The notes under the pieces are model-generated. The model was not told the origin of the DNA. It saw only the letters and a list, made by a program, of their open reading frames with translations, and made no database searches. From Auanema rhodensis (Eukaryota > Animalia > Nematoda), in the NCBI GenBank assembly GCA_964057225.1, contig OZ059895.1:19220001-19284000 (forward strand): a stretch of 64,000 bases of DNA. The letters are read 5' to 3'. Position 1 is the first letter of the stretch; the number at the start of each line of letters is the position of its first letter. Below are positions 11,428-26,900 of the stretch, in pieces. The translations under genes and the position numbers were made by a program.

Positions 11428-14400
11428 TTTCAAAGTCATGGTTACCATGCACCAATATCAATAAAAATTTGTTTTTAGACTAATATGGACATGGGGAATC
11501 TAATTCTGAAAACCGCATCTCTTTATCTTTCACGGGAAACGAGTTATTACATACCATTTGCACATCACGTGTATATATAATTAGCATAAATTAAAGTTCA
11601 CGTAAATTTCAAAGTCATGGTTACCATGCACCAATATCAATAAAAATTTGTTTTTAGACTAACATGGACATGGGGAATCTAATTCTGAAAACCGCATCTC
11701 TTTATCTTTCACGGGAAACGAGTTATTACATACCATTTGCACATCACGTGTATATATAATTAGCATAAATTAAAGTTCACGTAAATTTCAAAGTCATGGT
11801 TACCATGCACCAATATCAATAAAAATTTGTTTTTAGACTAATATCGACATGGGGAATCTAATTCTGAAAACCGCATCTCTTTATCTTTCACGGGAAGCGA
11901 GTTATTACATACCATTTGCACATCACGTGTATATATAATTAGCATAAATTAAAGTTCACGTAAATTTCAAAGTCATGGTTACCATGCACCAATATCAATA
12001 AAAATTTGTTTTTAGACTAACATGGACATGGGGAATCTAATTTTGAAAAACCGCATCTTTTTATCTTTCACGGGAAGCGAGTTACATACCCTGTGCACAT
12101 CACGTGTACAATTAATTAGCATAAATTAAAGTTCACGTAAATTTCACAGTCATGGTTACCATGCACCAATATCAATAAAAATTTGTTTTTAGACTAATAT
12201 GGACATGGGGAATCTAATTTTGAGAACCGCATCTTTTTATCTTTCACGGGAAGCGAGTTACACACCATGTGCACATCACGTGTACATTTAATTAGCATAA
12301 CTTAAAGTTCACGTAAATTTCAAAGTCATGGTTACCATGCACCAATATCAATAAAAATTTGTTTTTAGACTAATATGGACATGGGGAATCTAATTTTGAA
12401 AACCGCATCTCTTTATCTTTCACGGGAAGCGAGTTACATACCATGTGCACATCACGTGTACAATTAATTAGCATAAATTAAAGTTCACGTAAATTTCAAA
12501 GTCATGGTTACCATACACCGATATCAATAAAAATTTGTTTTTAGACTAATATGGACATGGGGAATCTAATTTTGAAAACCGCATCTTTTTATCTTTCACG
12601 GGAAACGAGTTACATACCATTTGCACATCACGTGTATATATAATTAGCATAAATTAAAGTTCACGTAAATTTCAAAGTCATGGTTACCATGCACCAATAT
12701 CAATAAAAATTTGTTTTTAGACTAATATGGACATGGGGAATCTAATTTTGAAAACCGCATCTCTTTATCTTTCACGGGAAGCGAGTTACATACCATTTGC
12801 ACATCACGTGTATATATAATTAGCATAAATTAAAGTTCACGTAAATTTCAAAGTCATGGTTACCATGCACCAATATCAATAAAAATTTGTTTTTAGACTA
12901 ATATGGACATGGGGAATCTAATTTTGAAAACCGCATCTCTTTATCTTTCACGGGAAGCGAGTTACATACCATTTGCACATCACGTGTATATATAATTAGC
13001 ATAAATTAAAGTTCACGTAAATTTCAAAGTCATGGTTACCATGCACCAATATCAATAAAAATTTGTTTTTAGACTAACATGGACATGGGGAATCTAATTT
13101 TGAAAACCGCATCTTTTTATCTTTCACGGGAAGCGAGTTACATACCATGTGCACATCACGTGTACAATTAATTAGCATAAATTAAAGTTCACGTAAATTT
13201 CACAGTCATGGTTACCATGCACCAATATCAATAAAAATTTGTTTTTAGACTAATATGGACATGGGGAATCTAATTTTGAGAACCGCATCTTTTTATCTTT
13301 CACGGGAAGCGAGTTACACACCATGTGCACATCACGTGTATATATAATTAGCATAAATTAAAGTTCACGTAAATTTCAAAGTCATGGTTACCATGCACCA
13401 ATATCAATAAAAATTTGTTTTCAGACTAATATGGACATAGGGAATCTAATTTTGAAAACCGCATCTCTTTATCTTTCACGGGAAGCGAGTTACATACCAT
13501 GTGCACATCACGTGTACAATTAATTAGCATAAATTAAAGTTCACGTGAATTTCAAAGTCATGGTTACCATACACCGATATCAATAAAAATTTGTTTTTAG
13601 ACTAATATGGACATAGGGAATCTAATTTTGAAAACCGCATCTTTTTATCTTTCACGGGAAGCGAGTTACATACCATTTGCACATCACGTGTATATATAAT
13701 TAGCATAAATTAAAGTTCACGTAAATATCAAAGTCATGGTTACCATGCACCAATATCAATAAAAATTTGTTTTTAGACTAATATGGACATGGGGAATCTA
13801 ATTTTGAGAACCGCATCTTTTTATCTTTCACGGGAAGCGAGTTACACACCATGTGCACATCACGTGTACATTTAATTAGCATAAATTAAAGTTCACGTAA
13901 ATTTCAAAGTCATGGTTACCATACACCGATATCAATAAAAATTTGTTTTTAGACTAATATGGACATGGGGAATCTAATTTTGAAAACCGCATCTCTTTAT
14001 CTTTCACGGGAAGCGAGTTACATACCATTTGCACATCACGTGTATATATAATTAGCATAAATTAAAGTTCACGTAAATTTCAAAGTCATGGTTACCATAC
14101 ACCGATATCAATAATGTTATGGTTTTAGACTAATATGGACATGGGGAATCTAATTTTGAAAACCGCATCTTTTTATCTTTCACGGGAAGCGAGTTACATA
14201 CCATTTGCACATCACGTGTATATATAATTAGCATAAATTAAAGTTCACGTAAATTTCAAAGTCATGGTTACCATGCACCAATATCAATAAAAATTTGTTT
14301 TTAGACTAATATGGACATGGGGAATCTAATTTTGAAAACCGCATCTCTTTATCTTTCACGGGAAGCGAGTTACATACCATTTGCACATCACGTGTATATA

Positions 14401-16379
14401 TAATTAGCATAAATTAAAGTTCACGTAAATTTCAAAGTCATGGTTACCATGCACCAATATCAATAAAAATTTGTTTTTAGACTAATATGGACATGGGGAA
14501 TCTAATTTTGAAAACCGCATCTCTTTATCTTTCACGGGAAGCGAGTTACATACCATGTGCACATCACGTGTACAATTAATTAGCATAAATTAAAGTTCAC
14601 GTAAATTTCAAAGTCATGGTTACCATACACCGATATCAATAAAAATTTGTTTTTAGACTAATATGGACATGGGGAATCTAATTTTGAAAACCGCATCTCT
14701 TTATCTTTCACGGGAAGCGAGTTACATACCATTTGCACATCACGTGTATATATAATTAGCATAAATTAAAGTTCACGTAAATTTCAAAGTCATGGTTACC
14801 ATACACCGATATCAATAATGTTATGGTTTTAGACTAATATGGACATGAGGAATCTAATTTTGAAAACCGCATCTTTTTATCTTTCACGGGAAGCGAGTTA
14901 CATACCATTTGCACATCACGTGTATATATAATTAGCAAAAATTAAAGTTCACGTAAATTTCAAAGTCATGGTTACCATGCACCAATATCAATAAAAATTT
15001 GTTTTTAGACTAATATGGACATGGGGAATCTAATTTTGAAAACCGCATCTCTTTATCTTTCACGGGAAGCGAGTTACATACCATTTGCACATCACGTGTA
15101 TATATAATTAGCATAAATTAAAGTTCACGTAAATTTCAAAGTCATGGTTACCATGCACCAATATCAATAAAAATTTGTTTTTAGACTAACATGGACATGG
15201 GGAATCTAATTTTGAAAACCGCATCTTTTTATCTTTCACGGGAAGCGAGTTACATACCATGTGCACATCACGTGTACAATTAATTAGCATAAATTAAAGT
15301 TCACGTAAATTTCACAGTCATGGTTACCATGCACCAATATCAATAAAAATTTGTTTTTAGACTAATATGGACATGGGGAATCTAATTTTGAGAACCGCAT
15401 CTTTTTATCTTTCACGGGAAGCGAGTTACATACCATGTGCACATCACGTGTACAATTAATTAGCATAAATTAAAGTTCACGTAAATTTCAAAGTCATGGT
15501 TACCATACACCGATATCAATAATGTTATGTTTTTAGACTAATATGGACATGGGGAATCTAATTTTGAAAACCGCATCTTTTTATCTTTCACGGGAAGCGA
15601 GTTACATACCATTTGCACATCACGTGTATATATAATTAGCATAAAATAAAGTTCACGTAAATTTCAAAGTCATGGTTACCATGCACCAATATCAATAAAA
15701 ATTTGTTTTTAGACTAATATGGACATGGGGAATCTAATTTTGAAAACCGCATCTCTTTATCTTTCACGGGAAGCGAGTTACATACCATTTGCACATCACG
15801 TGTATATATAATTAGCATAAATTAAAGTTCACGTAAATTTCAAAGTCATGGTTACCATGCACCAATATCAATAAAAATTTGTTTTTAGACTAACATGGAC
15901 ATGGGGAATCTAATTTTGAAAACCGCATCTTTTTATCTTTCACGGGAAGCGAGTTACATACCATTTGCACATCACGTGTATATATAATTAGCATAAATTA
16001 AAGTTCACGTAAATATCAAAGTCATGGTTACCATGCACCAATATCAATAAAAATTTGTTTTTAGACTAATATGGACATGGGGAATCTAATTTTGAGAACC
16101 GCATCTTTTTATCTTTCACGGGAAGCGAGTTACACACCATGTGCACATCACGTGTATATATAATTAGCATAAATTAAAGTTCACGTAAATTTCAAAGTCA
16201 TGGTTACCATGCACCAATATCAATAAAAATTTGTTTTCAGACTAATATGGACATAGGGAATCTAATTTTGAAAACCGCATCTCTTTATCTTTCACGGGAA
16301 GCGAGTTACATACCATTTGCACATCACGTGTATATATAATTAGCATAAATTAAAGTTCACGTAAATTTCAAAGTCATGG

Positions 16380-19300
16380 TTACCATACACCGATATCAAT
16401 AATGTTATGTTTTTAGACTAATATGGACATGGGGAATCTAATTTTGAAAACCGCATCTCTTTATCTTTCACGGGAAGCGAGTTACATACCATTTGCAAAT
16501 CACGTGTACAATTAATTAGCATAAATTAAAGTTCACGTAAATTTCAAAGTCATTGTTACCACGCACCAATATCAATAATGTTATGTTTTTTGACTAATAT
16601 GGACATGGGGAATCTAATTTTGAGAACCGCATCTCTTTATCTTTCACGGGAAGCGAGTTACATACCATGTGCACATCACGTGTACAATTAATTAGCATAA
16701 ATTAGAGTTCACGTAAATTTGAAATTCATGGTAACCATACACCGATATAATAATGTTTTGTTTTTAGACTAATATGGATATGGGGAATCTAATTTTGAAA
16801 ACCGCATCTTTTTATCTTTCACGGGAAGCGAGTTACATACCATGTGCACATCACGTGTACAATTAATTAGCATAAATTAAAGTTCACGTAAATTTCAAAG
16901 TCATTGTTACCATACACCGATATCAATAATGTTATGTTTTTTGACTAATATGGACATGGGGAATCTAATTTTGAAAACCGCATCTCTTTATCTTTCACGG
17001 GAAGCGAGTTACATACCACGTGCACATCACGTGTACATTTAATTAGCATAAATTAAAGTTCACGTAAATTTCAAAGTCATTGTTACCATGCACCAATATC
17101 AATAAAAATTTGTTTTTAGACTAATATGGACATGGGGAATCTAATTTTGAGAACCGCATCTCTTTATCTTTCACGGGAAGCGAGTTACATACCATGTGCA
17201 CATCACGTGTACAATAAATTAGCATAAATTAAAGTTCACGTGAATTTGAAATTCATGGTAACCATACACCGATATCAATAATGTTTTGTTTTTAGACTAA
17301 TATGGATATGGGGAATCTAATTTTGAAAACCGCATCTTTTTATCTTTCACGGGAAGCGAGTTACATACCATGTGCACATCACGTGTACAATTAATTAGCA
17401 TAAATTAAAGTTCACGTAAATTTCAAAGTCATGGTTACCATGCACCAATATCAATAAAAATTTGTTTTTAGACTAATATGGACATGGGGAATCTAATTTT
17501 GAGAACCGCATCTTTTTATCTTTCACGGGAAGCGAGTTACACACCATGTGCACATCACGTGTATATATAATTAGCATAAATTAAAGTTCACGTAAATTTC
17601 AAAGTCATGGTTACCATGCACCAATATCAATAATGTTATGGTTTTAGACTAATATGGACATGGGGAATCTAATTTTGAAAACCGCATCTTTTTATCTTTC
17701 ACGGGAAGCGAGTTACATACCATTTGCACATCACGTGTATATATAATTAGCATAAAATAAAGTTCACGTAAATTTCAAAGTCATGGTTACCATGCACCAA
17801 TATCAATAAAAATTTGTTTTTAGACTAATATGGACATGGGGAATCTAATTTTGAAAACCGCATCTCTTTATCTTTCACGGGAAGCGAGTTACATACCATT
17901 TGCACATCACGTGTATATATAATTAGCATAAATTAAAGTTCACGTAAATTTCAAAGTCATGGTTACCATGCACCAATATCAATAAAAATTTGTTTTTAGA
18001 CTAACATGGACATGGGGAATCTAATTTTGAAAACCGCATCTTTTTATCTTTCACGGGAAGCGAGTTACATACCATGTGCACATCACGTGTACAATTAATT
18101 AGCATAAATTAAAGTTCACGTAAATTTCACAGTCATGGTTACCATGCACCAATATCAAAAAAAATTTGTTTTTAGACTAATATGGACATGGGGAATCTAA
18201 TTTTGAGAACCGCATCTTTTTATCTTTCACGGGAAGCGAGTTACACACCATGTGCACATCACGTGTATATATAATTAGCATAAATTAAAGTTCACGTAAA
18301 TTTCAAAGTCATGGTTACCATGCACCAATATCAATAAAAATTTGTTTTTAGACTAATATGGACATAGGGAATCTAATTTTGAAAACCGCATCTCTTTATC
18401 TTTCACGGGAAGCGAGTTACATACCATGTGCACATCACGTGTACAATTAATTAGCATAAATTAAAGTTCACGTAAATTTCAAAGTCATGGTTACCATACA
18501 CCGATATCAATAAAAATTTGTTTCTAGACTAATATGGACATAGGGAATCTAATTTTGAAAACCGCATCTTTTTATCTTTCACGGGAAGCGAGTTACATAC
18601 CATTTGCACATCACGTGTATATATAATTAGCATAAATTAAAGTTCACGTAAATTTCAAAGTCATGGTTACCATGCACCAATATCAATAAAAATTTGTTTT
18701 TAGACTAATATGGACATGGGGAATCTAATTTTGAAAACCGCATCTCTTTATCTTTCACGGGAAGCGAGTTACATACCATGTGCACATCACGTGTACAATT
18801 AATTAGCATAAATTAAAGTTCACGTAAATTTCAAAGTCATGGTTACCATACACCGATATCAATAAAAATTTGTTTCTAGACTAATATGGACATAGGGAAT
18901 CTAATTTTGAAAACCGCATCTTTTTATCTTTCACGGGAAGCGAGTTACATACCATTTGCACATCACGTGTATATATAATTAGCATAAATTAAAGTTCACG
19001 TAAATTTCAAAGTCATGGTTACCATGCACCAATATCAATAAAAATTTGTTTTTAGACTAATATGGACATGGGGAATCTAATTTTGAAAACCGCATCTCTT
19101 TATCTTTCACGGGAAGCGAGTTACATACCATTTGCACATCACGTGTATATATAATTAGCATAAATTAAAGTTCACGTAAATTTCAAAGTCATGGTTACCA
19201 TGCACCAATATCAATAAAAATTTGTTTTTAGACTAACATGGACATGGGGAATCTAATTTTGAAAACCGCATCTTTTTATCTTTCACGGGAAGCGAGTTAC

Positions 19301-22300
19301 ATACCATGTGCACATCACGTGTACAATTAATTAGCATAAATTAAAGTTCACGTAAATTTCACAGTCATGGTTACCATGCACCAATATCAAAAAAAATTTG
19401 TTTTTAGACTAATATGGACATGGGGAATCTAATTTTGAGAACCGCATCTTTTTATCTTTCACGGGAAGCGAGTTACACACCATGTGCACATCACGTGTAT
19501 ATATAATTAGCATAAATTAAAGTTCACGTAAATTTCAAAGTCATGGTTACCATGCACCAATATCAATAAAAATTTGTTTTTAGACTAATATGGACATAGG
19601 GAATCTAATTTTGAAAACCGCATCTCTTTATCTTTCACGGGAAGCGAGTTACATACCATGTGCACATCACGTGTACAATTAATTAGCATAAATTAAAGTT
19701 CACGTAAATTTCAAAGTCATGGTTACCATACACCGATATCAATAAAAATTTGTTTCTAGACTAATATGGACATAGGGAATCTAATTTTGAAAACCGCATC
19801 TTTTTATCTTTCACGGGAAGCGAGTTACATACCATTTGCACATCACGTGTATATATAATTAGCATAAATTAAAGTTCACGTAAATTTCAAAGTCATGGTT
19901 ACCATGCACCAATATCAATAAAAATTTGTTTTTAGACTAATATGGACATGGGGAATCTAATTTTGAAAACCGCATCTCTTTATCTTTCACGGGAAGCGAG
20001 TTACATACCATTTGCACATCACGTGTATATATAATTAGCATAAATTAAAGTTCACGTAAATTTCAAAGTCATGGTTACCATACACCGATATCAATAATGT
20101 TATGTTTTTAGACTAATATGGACATGGGGAATCTAATTTTGAAAACCGCATCTCTTTATCTTTCACGGGAAGCGAGTTACATACCACGTGCACTTCACGT
20201 GTACATTTAATTAGCATAAATTAAAGTTCACGTAAATTTCAAAGTCATTGTTACCACGCACCAATATCAATAATGTTATGTTTTTTGACTAATATGGACA
20301 TGGGGAATCTAATTTTGAGAACCGCATCTCTTTATCTTTCACGGGAAGCGAGTTACATACCATGTGCACATCACGTGTACAATTAATTAGCATAAATTAG
20401 AGTTCACGTAAATTTGAAATTCATGGTAACCATACACCGATATAATAATGTTTTGTTTTTAGACTAATATGGATATGGGGAATCTAATTTTGAAAACCGC
20501 ATCTTTTTATCTTTCACGGGAAGCGAGTTACATACCATGTGCACATCACGTGTACAATTAATTAGCATAAATTAAAGTTCACGTAAATTTCAAAGTCATT
20601 GTTACCATACACCGATATCAATAATGTTATGTTTTTTGACTAATATGGACATGGGGAATCTAATTTTGAAAACCGCATCTCTTTATCTTTCACGGGAAGC
20701 GAGTTACATACCACGTGCACATCACGTGTACATTTAATTAGCATAAATTAAAGTTCACGTAAATTTCAAAGTCATTGTTACCATGCACCAATATCAATAA
20801 AAATTTGTTTTTAGACTAATATGGACATGGGGAATCTAATTTTGAGAACCGCATCTCTTTATCTTTCACGGGAAGCGAGTTACATACCATGTGCACATCA
20901 CGTGTACAATAAATTAGCATAAATTAAAGTTCACGTGAATTTGAAATTCATGGTAACCATACACCGATATCAATAATGTTTTGTTTTTAGACTAATATGG
21001 ATATGGGGAATCTAATTTTGAAAACCGCATCTTTTTATCTTTCACGGGAAGCGAGTTACATACCATGTGCACATCACGTGTATATATAATTAGCATAAAT
21101 TAAAGTTCACGTAAATTTCAAAGTCATGGTTACCATACACCGATATCAATAATGTTATGTTTTTAGACTAATATGGACATGGGGAATCTAATTTTGAAAA
21201 CCGCATCTCTTTATCTTTCACGGGAAGCGAGTTACATACCATTTGCAAATCACGTGTACAATTAATTAGCATAAATTAAAGTTCACGTAAATTTCAAAGT
21301 CATTGTTACCACGCACCAATATCAATAATGTTATGTTTTTTGACTAATATGGACATGGGGAATCTAATTTTGAGAACCGCATCTCTTTATCTTTCACGGG
21401 AAGCGAGTTACATACCATGTGCACATCACGTGTACAATTAATTAGCATAAATTAGAGTTCACGTAAATTTGAAATTCATGGTAACCATACACCGATATCA
21501 ATAATGTTTTGTTTTTAGACTAATATGGATATGGGGAATCTAATTTTGAAAACCGCATCTTTTTATCTTTCACGGGAAGCGAGTTACATACCATGTGCAC
21601 ATCACGTGTACAATTAATTAGCATAAATTAAAGTTCACGTAAATTTCAAAGTCATTGTTACCATACACCGATATCAATAATGTTATGTTTTTTGACTAAT
21701 ATGGACATGGGGAATCTAATTTTGAAAACCGCATCTCTTTATCTTTCACGGGAAGCGAGTTACATACCACGTGCACTTCACGTGTACATTTAATTAGCAT
21801 AAATTAAAGTTCACGTAAATTTCAAAGTCATTGTTACCATGCACCAATATCAATAAAAATTTGTTTTTAGACTAATATGGACATGGGGAATCTAATTTTG
21901 AGAACCGCATCTCTTTATCTTTCACGGGAAGCGAGTTACATACCATGTGCACATCACGTGTACAATAAATTAGCATAAATTAAAGTTCACGTGAATTTGA
22001 AATTCATGGTAACCATACACCGATATCAATAATGTTTTGTTTTTAGACTAATATGGATATGGGGAATCTAATTTTGAAAACCGCATCTTTTTATCTTTCA
22101 CGGGAAGCGAGTTACATACCATGTGCACATCACGTGTACAATTAATTAGCATAAATTAAAGTTCACGTAAATTTCAAAGTCATGGTTACCATGCACCAAT
22201 ATCAATAAAAATTTGTTTTTAGACTAATATGGACATGGGGAATCTAATTTTGAGAACCGCATCTTTTTATCTTTCACGGGAAGCGAGTTACACACCATGT

Positions 22301-23950
22301 GCACATCACGTGTATATATAATTAGCATAAATTAAAGTTCACGTAAATTTCAAAGTCATGGTTACCATGCACCAATATCAATAAAAATTTGTTTTTAGAC
22401 TAATATGGACATAGGGAATCTAATTTTGAAAACCGCATCTCTTTATCTTTCACGGGAAGCGAGTTACATACCATGTGCACATCACGTGTACAATTAATTA
22501 GCATAAATTAAAGTTCACGTAAATTTCAAAGTCATGGTTACCATACACCGATATCAATAAAAATTTGTTTTTAGACTAATATGGACATAGGGAATCTAAT
22601 TTTGAAAACCGCATCTTTTTATCTTTCACGGGAAGCGAGTTACATACCATTTGCACATCACGTGTATATATAATTAGCATAAATTAAAGTTCACGTAAAT
22701 TTCAAAGTCATGGTTACCATGCACCAATATCAATAAAAATTTGTTTTTAGACTAATATGGACATGGGGAATCTAATTTTGAAAACCGCATCTCTTTATCT
22801 TTCACGGGAAGCGAGTTACATACCATTTGCACATCACGTGTATATATAATTAGCATAAATTAAAGTTCACGTAAATTTCAAAGTCATGGTTACCATACAC
22901 CGATATCAATAATGTTATGTTTTTAGACTAATATGGACATGGGGAATCTAATTTTGAAAACAGCATCTCTTTATCTTTCACGGGAAGCGAGTTACATACC
23001 ATTTGCAAACACGTGTACAATTAATTAGCATAAATTAAAGTTCACGTAAATTTCAAAGTCATTGTTACCACGCACCAATATCAATAATGTTATGTTTTTT
23101 GACTAATATGGACATGGGGAATCTAATTTTGAGAACCGCATCTCTTTATCTTTCACGGGAAGCGAGTTACATACCATGTGCACATCACGTGTACAATTAA
23201 TTAGCATAAATTAGAGTTCACGTAAATTTGAAATTCATGGTAACCATACACCGATATCAATAATGTTTTGTTTTTAGACTAATATGGATATGGGGAATCT
23301 AATTTTGAAAACCGCATCTTTTTATCTTTCATGGGAAGCGAGTTACATACCATGTGCACATCACGTGTACAATTAATTAGCATAAATTAAAGTTCACGTA
23401 AATTTCAAAGTCATTGTTACCATACACCGATATCAATAATGTTATGTTTTTTGACTAATATGGACATGGGGAATCTAATTTTGAAAACCGCATCTCTTTA
23501 TCTTTCACGGGAAGCGAGTTACATACCACGTGCACATCACGTGTACATTTAATTAGCATAAATTAAAGTTCACGTAAATTTCAAAGTCATTGTTACCATG
23601 CACCAATATCAATAAAAATTTGTTTTTAGACTAATATGGACATGGGGAATCTAATTTTGAGAACCGCATCTCTTTATCTTTCACGGGAAGCGAGTTACAT
23701 ACCATGTGCACATCACGTGTACAATAAATTAGCATAAATTAAAGTTCACGTGAATTTGAAATTCATGGTAACCATACACCGATATCAATAATGTTTTGTT
23801 TTTAGACTAATATGGATATGGGGAATCTAATTTTGAAAACCGCATCTTTTTATCTTTCACGGTAAGCGAGTTACATACCATGTGCACATCACGTGTACAA
23901 TTAATTAGCATAAATTAAAGTTCACGTAAATTTCAAAGTCATGGTTACCA
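16380..23950. repeat. Four copies of a ~5-6-monomer cassette separated by variable spacers
   Basis: The TTAGAGTTC variant G lies at 16705, 20400, 21455 and 23214 (offsets 3695, 1055, 1759). Each is followed three monomers later by CACGTGAATTTGAAATTC. Confidence 0.8.
17770..20070. repeat. Block duplication at a 7-monomer offset (1232 bp)
   Basis: AATATCAAAAAAAATT at 18151/19383 and TTTCTAGAC at 18521/19753. Boundaries are approximate. Confidence 0.75.
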
Positions 23951-26900
23951 TGCACCAATATCAATAAAAATTTGTTTTTAGACTAATATGGACATGGGGA
24001 ATCTAATTTTGAAAACCGCATCTTTTTATCTTTCACGGGAAGCGAGTTACATACCATTTGCACATCACGTGTATATATAATTAGCATAAATTAAAGTTCA
24101 CGTAAATTTCAAAGTCATGGTTACCATGCACCAATATCAATAAAAATTTGTTTTTAGACTAATATCGACATGGGGAATCTAATTCTGAAAACCGCATCTC
24201 TTTATCTTTCACGGGAAGCGAGTTATTACATACCATTTGCACATCACGTGTATATATAATTAGCATAAATTAAACTTCACGTAAATTTCAAAGTCATGGT
24301 TACCATGCACCAATATCAATAAAAATTTGTTTTTAGACTAACATGGACATGGGGAATCTAATTTTGAAAAACCGCATCTTTTTATCTTTCACGGGAAGCG
24401 AGTTACATACCCTATGCACATCACGTGTGCAATTAATTAGCATAAATTAAAGTTCACGTAAATTTCACAGTCATGGTTACCATGCACCAATATCAATAAA
24501 AATTTGTTTTTAGACTAATATGGACATGGGGAATCTAATTTTGAGAACCGCATCTTTTTATCTTTCACGGGAAGCGAGTTACACACCATGTGCACATCAC
24601 GTGTACATTTAATTAGCATAACTTAAAGTTCACGTAAATTTCAAAGTCATGGTTACCATGCACCAATATCAATAAAAATTTGTTTTTAGACTAATATCGA
24701 CATGGGGAATCTAATTCTGAAAACCGCATCTCTTTATCTTTCACGGGAAGCGAGTTATTACATACCATTTGCACATCACGTGTATATATAATTAGCATAA
24801 ATTAAACTTCACGTAAATTTCAAAGTCATGGTTACCATGCACCAATATCAATAAAAATTTGTTTTTAGACTAACATGGACATGGGGAATCTAGTTTTGAA
24901 AAACCGCATCTTTTTATCTTTCACGGGAAGCGAGTTACATACCCTATGCACATCACGTGTATATATAATTAGCATAAATTAAACTTCACGTAAATTTCAA
25001 AGTCATGGTTACCATGCACCAATATCAATAAAAATTTGTTTTTAGACTAATATGGACATGGGGAATCTAATTTTGAGAACCGCATCTTTTTATCTTTCAC
25101 GGGAAGCGAGTTACACACCATGTGCACATCACGTGTACATTTAATTAGCATAACTTAAAGTTCACGTAAATTTCAAAGTCATGGTTACCATGCACCAATA
25201 TCAATAAAAATTTGTTTTTAGACTAATATGGACATGGGGAATCTAATTTTGAAAACCGCATCTCTTTATCTTTCACGGGAAGCGAGTTACATACCATGTG
25301 CACATCACGTGTACAATTAATTAGCATAAATTAAAGTTCACGTAAATTTCAAAGTCATGGTTACCATGCACCAATATCAATAAAAATTTGTTTTTAGACT
25401 AATATGGACATGGGGAATCTAATTTTGAAAACCGCATCTCTTTATCTTTCACGGGAAGCTAGTTACATACCATTTGCACATCACGTGTATATATAATTAG
25501 CATAAATTAAAGTTCACGTAAATTTCAAAGTCATGGTTACCATGCACCAATATCAATAAAAATTTGTTTTTAGACTAATATGGACATGGGGAATCTAATT
25601 TTGAAAACCGCATCTTTTTATCTTTCACGGGAAGCGAGTTACATACCATGTGCACATCACGTGTACAATAAATTAGCATAAATTAAAGTTCACGTGAATT
25701 TGAAATTCATGGTAACCATACACCGATATCAATAATGTTTTGTTTTTAGACTAATATGGATATGGGGAATCTAATTTTGAAAACCGCATCTTTTTATCTT
25801 TCACGGGAAGCGAGTTACATACCATGTGCACATCACGTGTACAATTAATTAGCATAAATTAAAGTTCACGTAAATTTCAAAGTCATGGTTACCATGCACC
25901 AATATCAATAAAAATTTGTTTTTAGACTAATATGGACATGGGGAATCTAATTTTGAAAACCGCATCTTTTTATCTTTCACGGGAAGCGAGTTACATACCA
26001 TTTGCACATCACGTGTATATATAATTAGCATGAATTAAAGTTCACGTAAATTTCAAAGTCATGGTTACCATGCACCAATATCAATAAAAATTTGTTTTTA
26101 GACTAATATCGACATGGGGAATCTAATTCTGAAAACCGCATCTCTTTATCTTTCACGGGAAGCGAGTTATTACATACCATTTGCACATCACGTGTATATA
26201 TAATTAGCATAAATTAAAGTTCACGTAAATTTCAAAGTCATGGTTACCATGCACCAATATCAATAAAAATTTGTTTTTAGACTAACATGGACATGGGGAA
26301 TCTAATTTTGAAAAACCGCATCTTTTTATCTTTCACGGGAAGCGAGTTACATACCCTGTGCACATCACGTGTACAATTAATTAGCATAAATTAAAGTTCA
26401 CGTAAATTTCACAGTCATGGTTACCATGCACCAATATCAATAAAAATTTGTTTTTAGACTAATATGGACATGGGGAATCTAATTTTGAGAACCGCATCTT
26501 TTTATCTTTCACGGGAAGCGAGTTACACACCATGTGCACATCACGTGTACATTTAATTAGCATAACTTAAAGTTCACGTAAATTTCAAAGTCATGGTTAC
26601 CATGCACCAATATCAATAAAAATTTGTTTTTAGACTAATATGGACATGGGGAATCTAATTTTGAAAACCGCATCTCTTTATCTTTCACGGGAAGCGAGTT
26701 ACATACCATGTGCACATCACGTGTACAATTAATTAGCATAAATTAAAGTTCACGTAAATTTCAAAGTCATGGTTACCATACACCGATATCAATAAAAATT
26801 TGTTTTTAGACTAATATGGACATGGGGAATCTAATTTTGAAAACCGCATCTCTTTATCTTTCACGGGAAGCGAGTTACATACCATTTGCACATCACGTGT

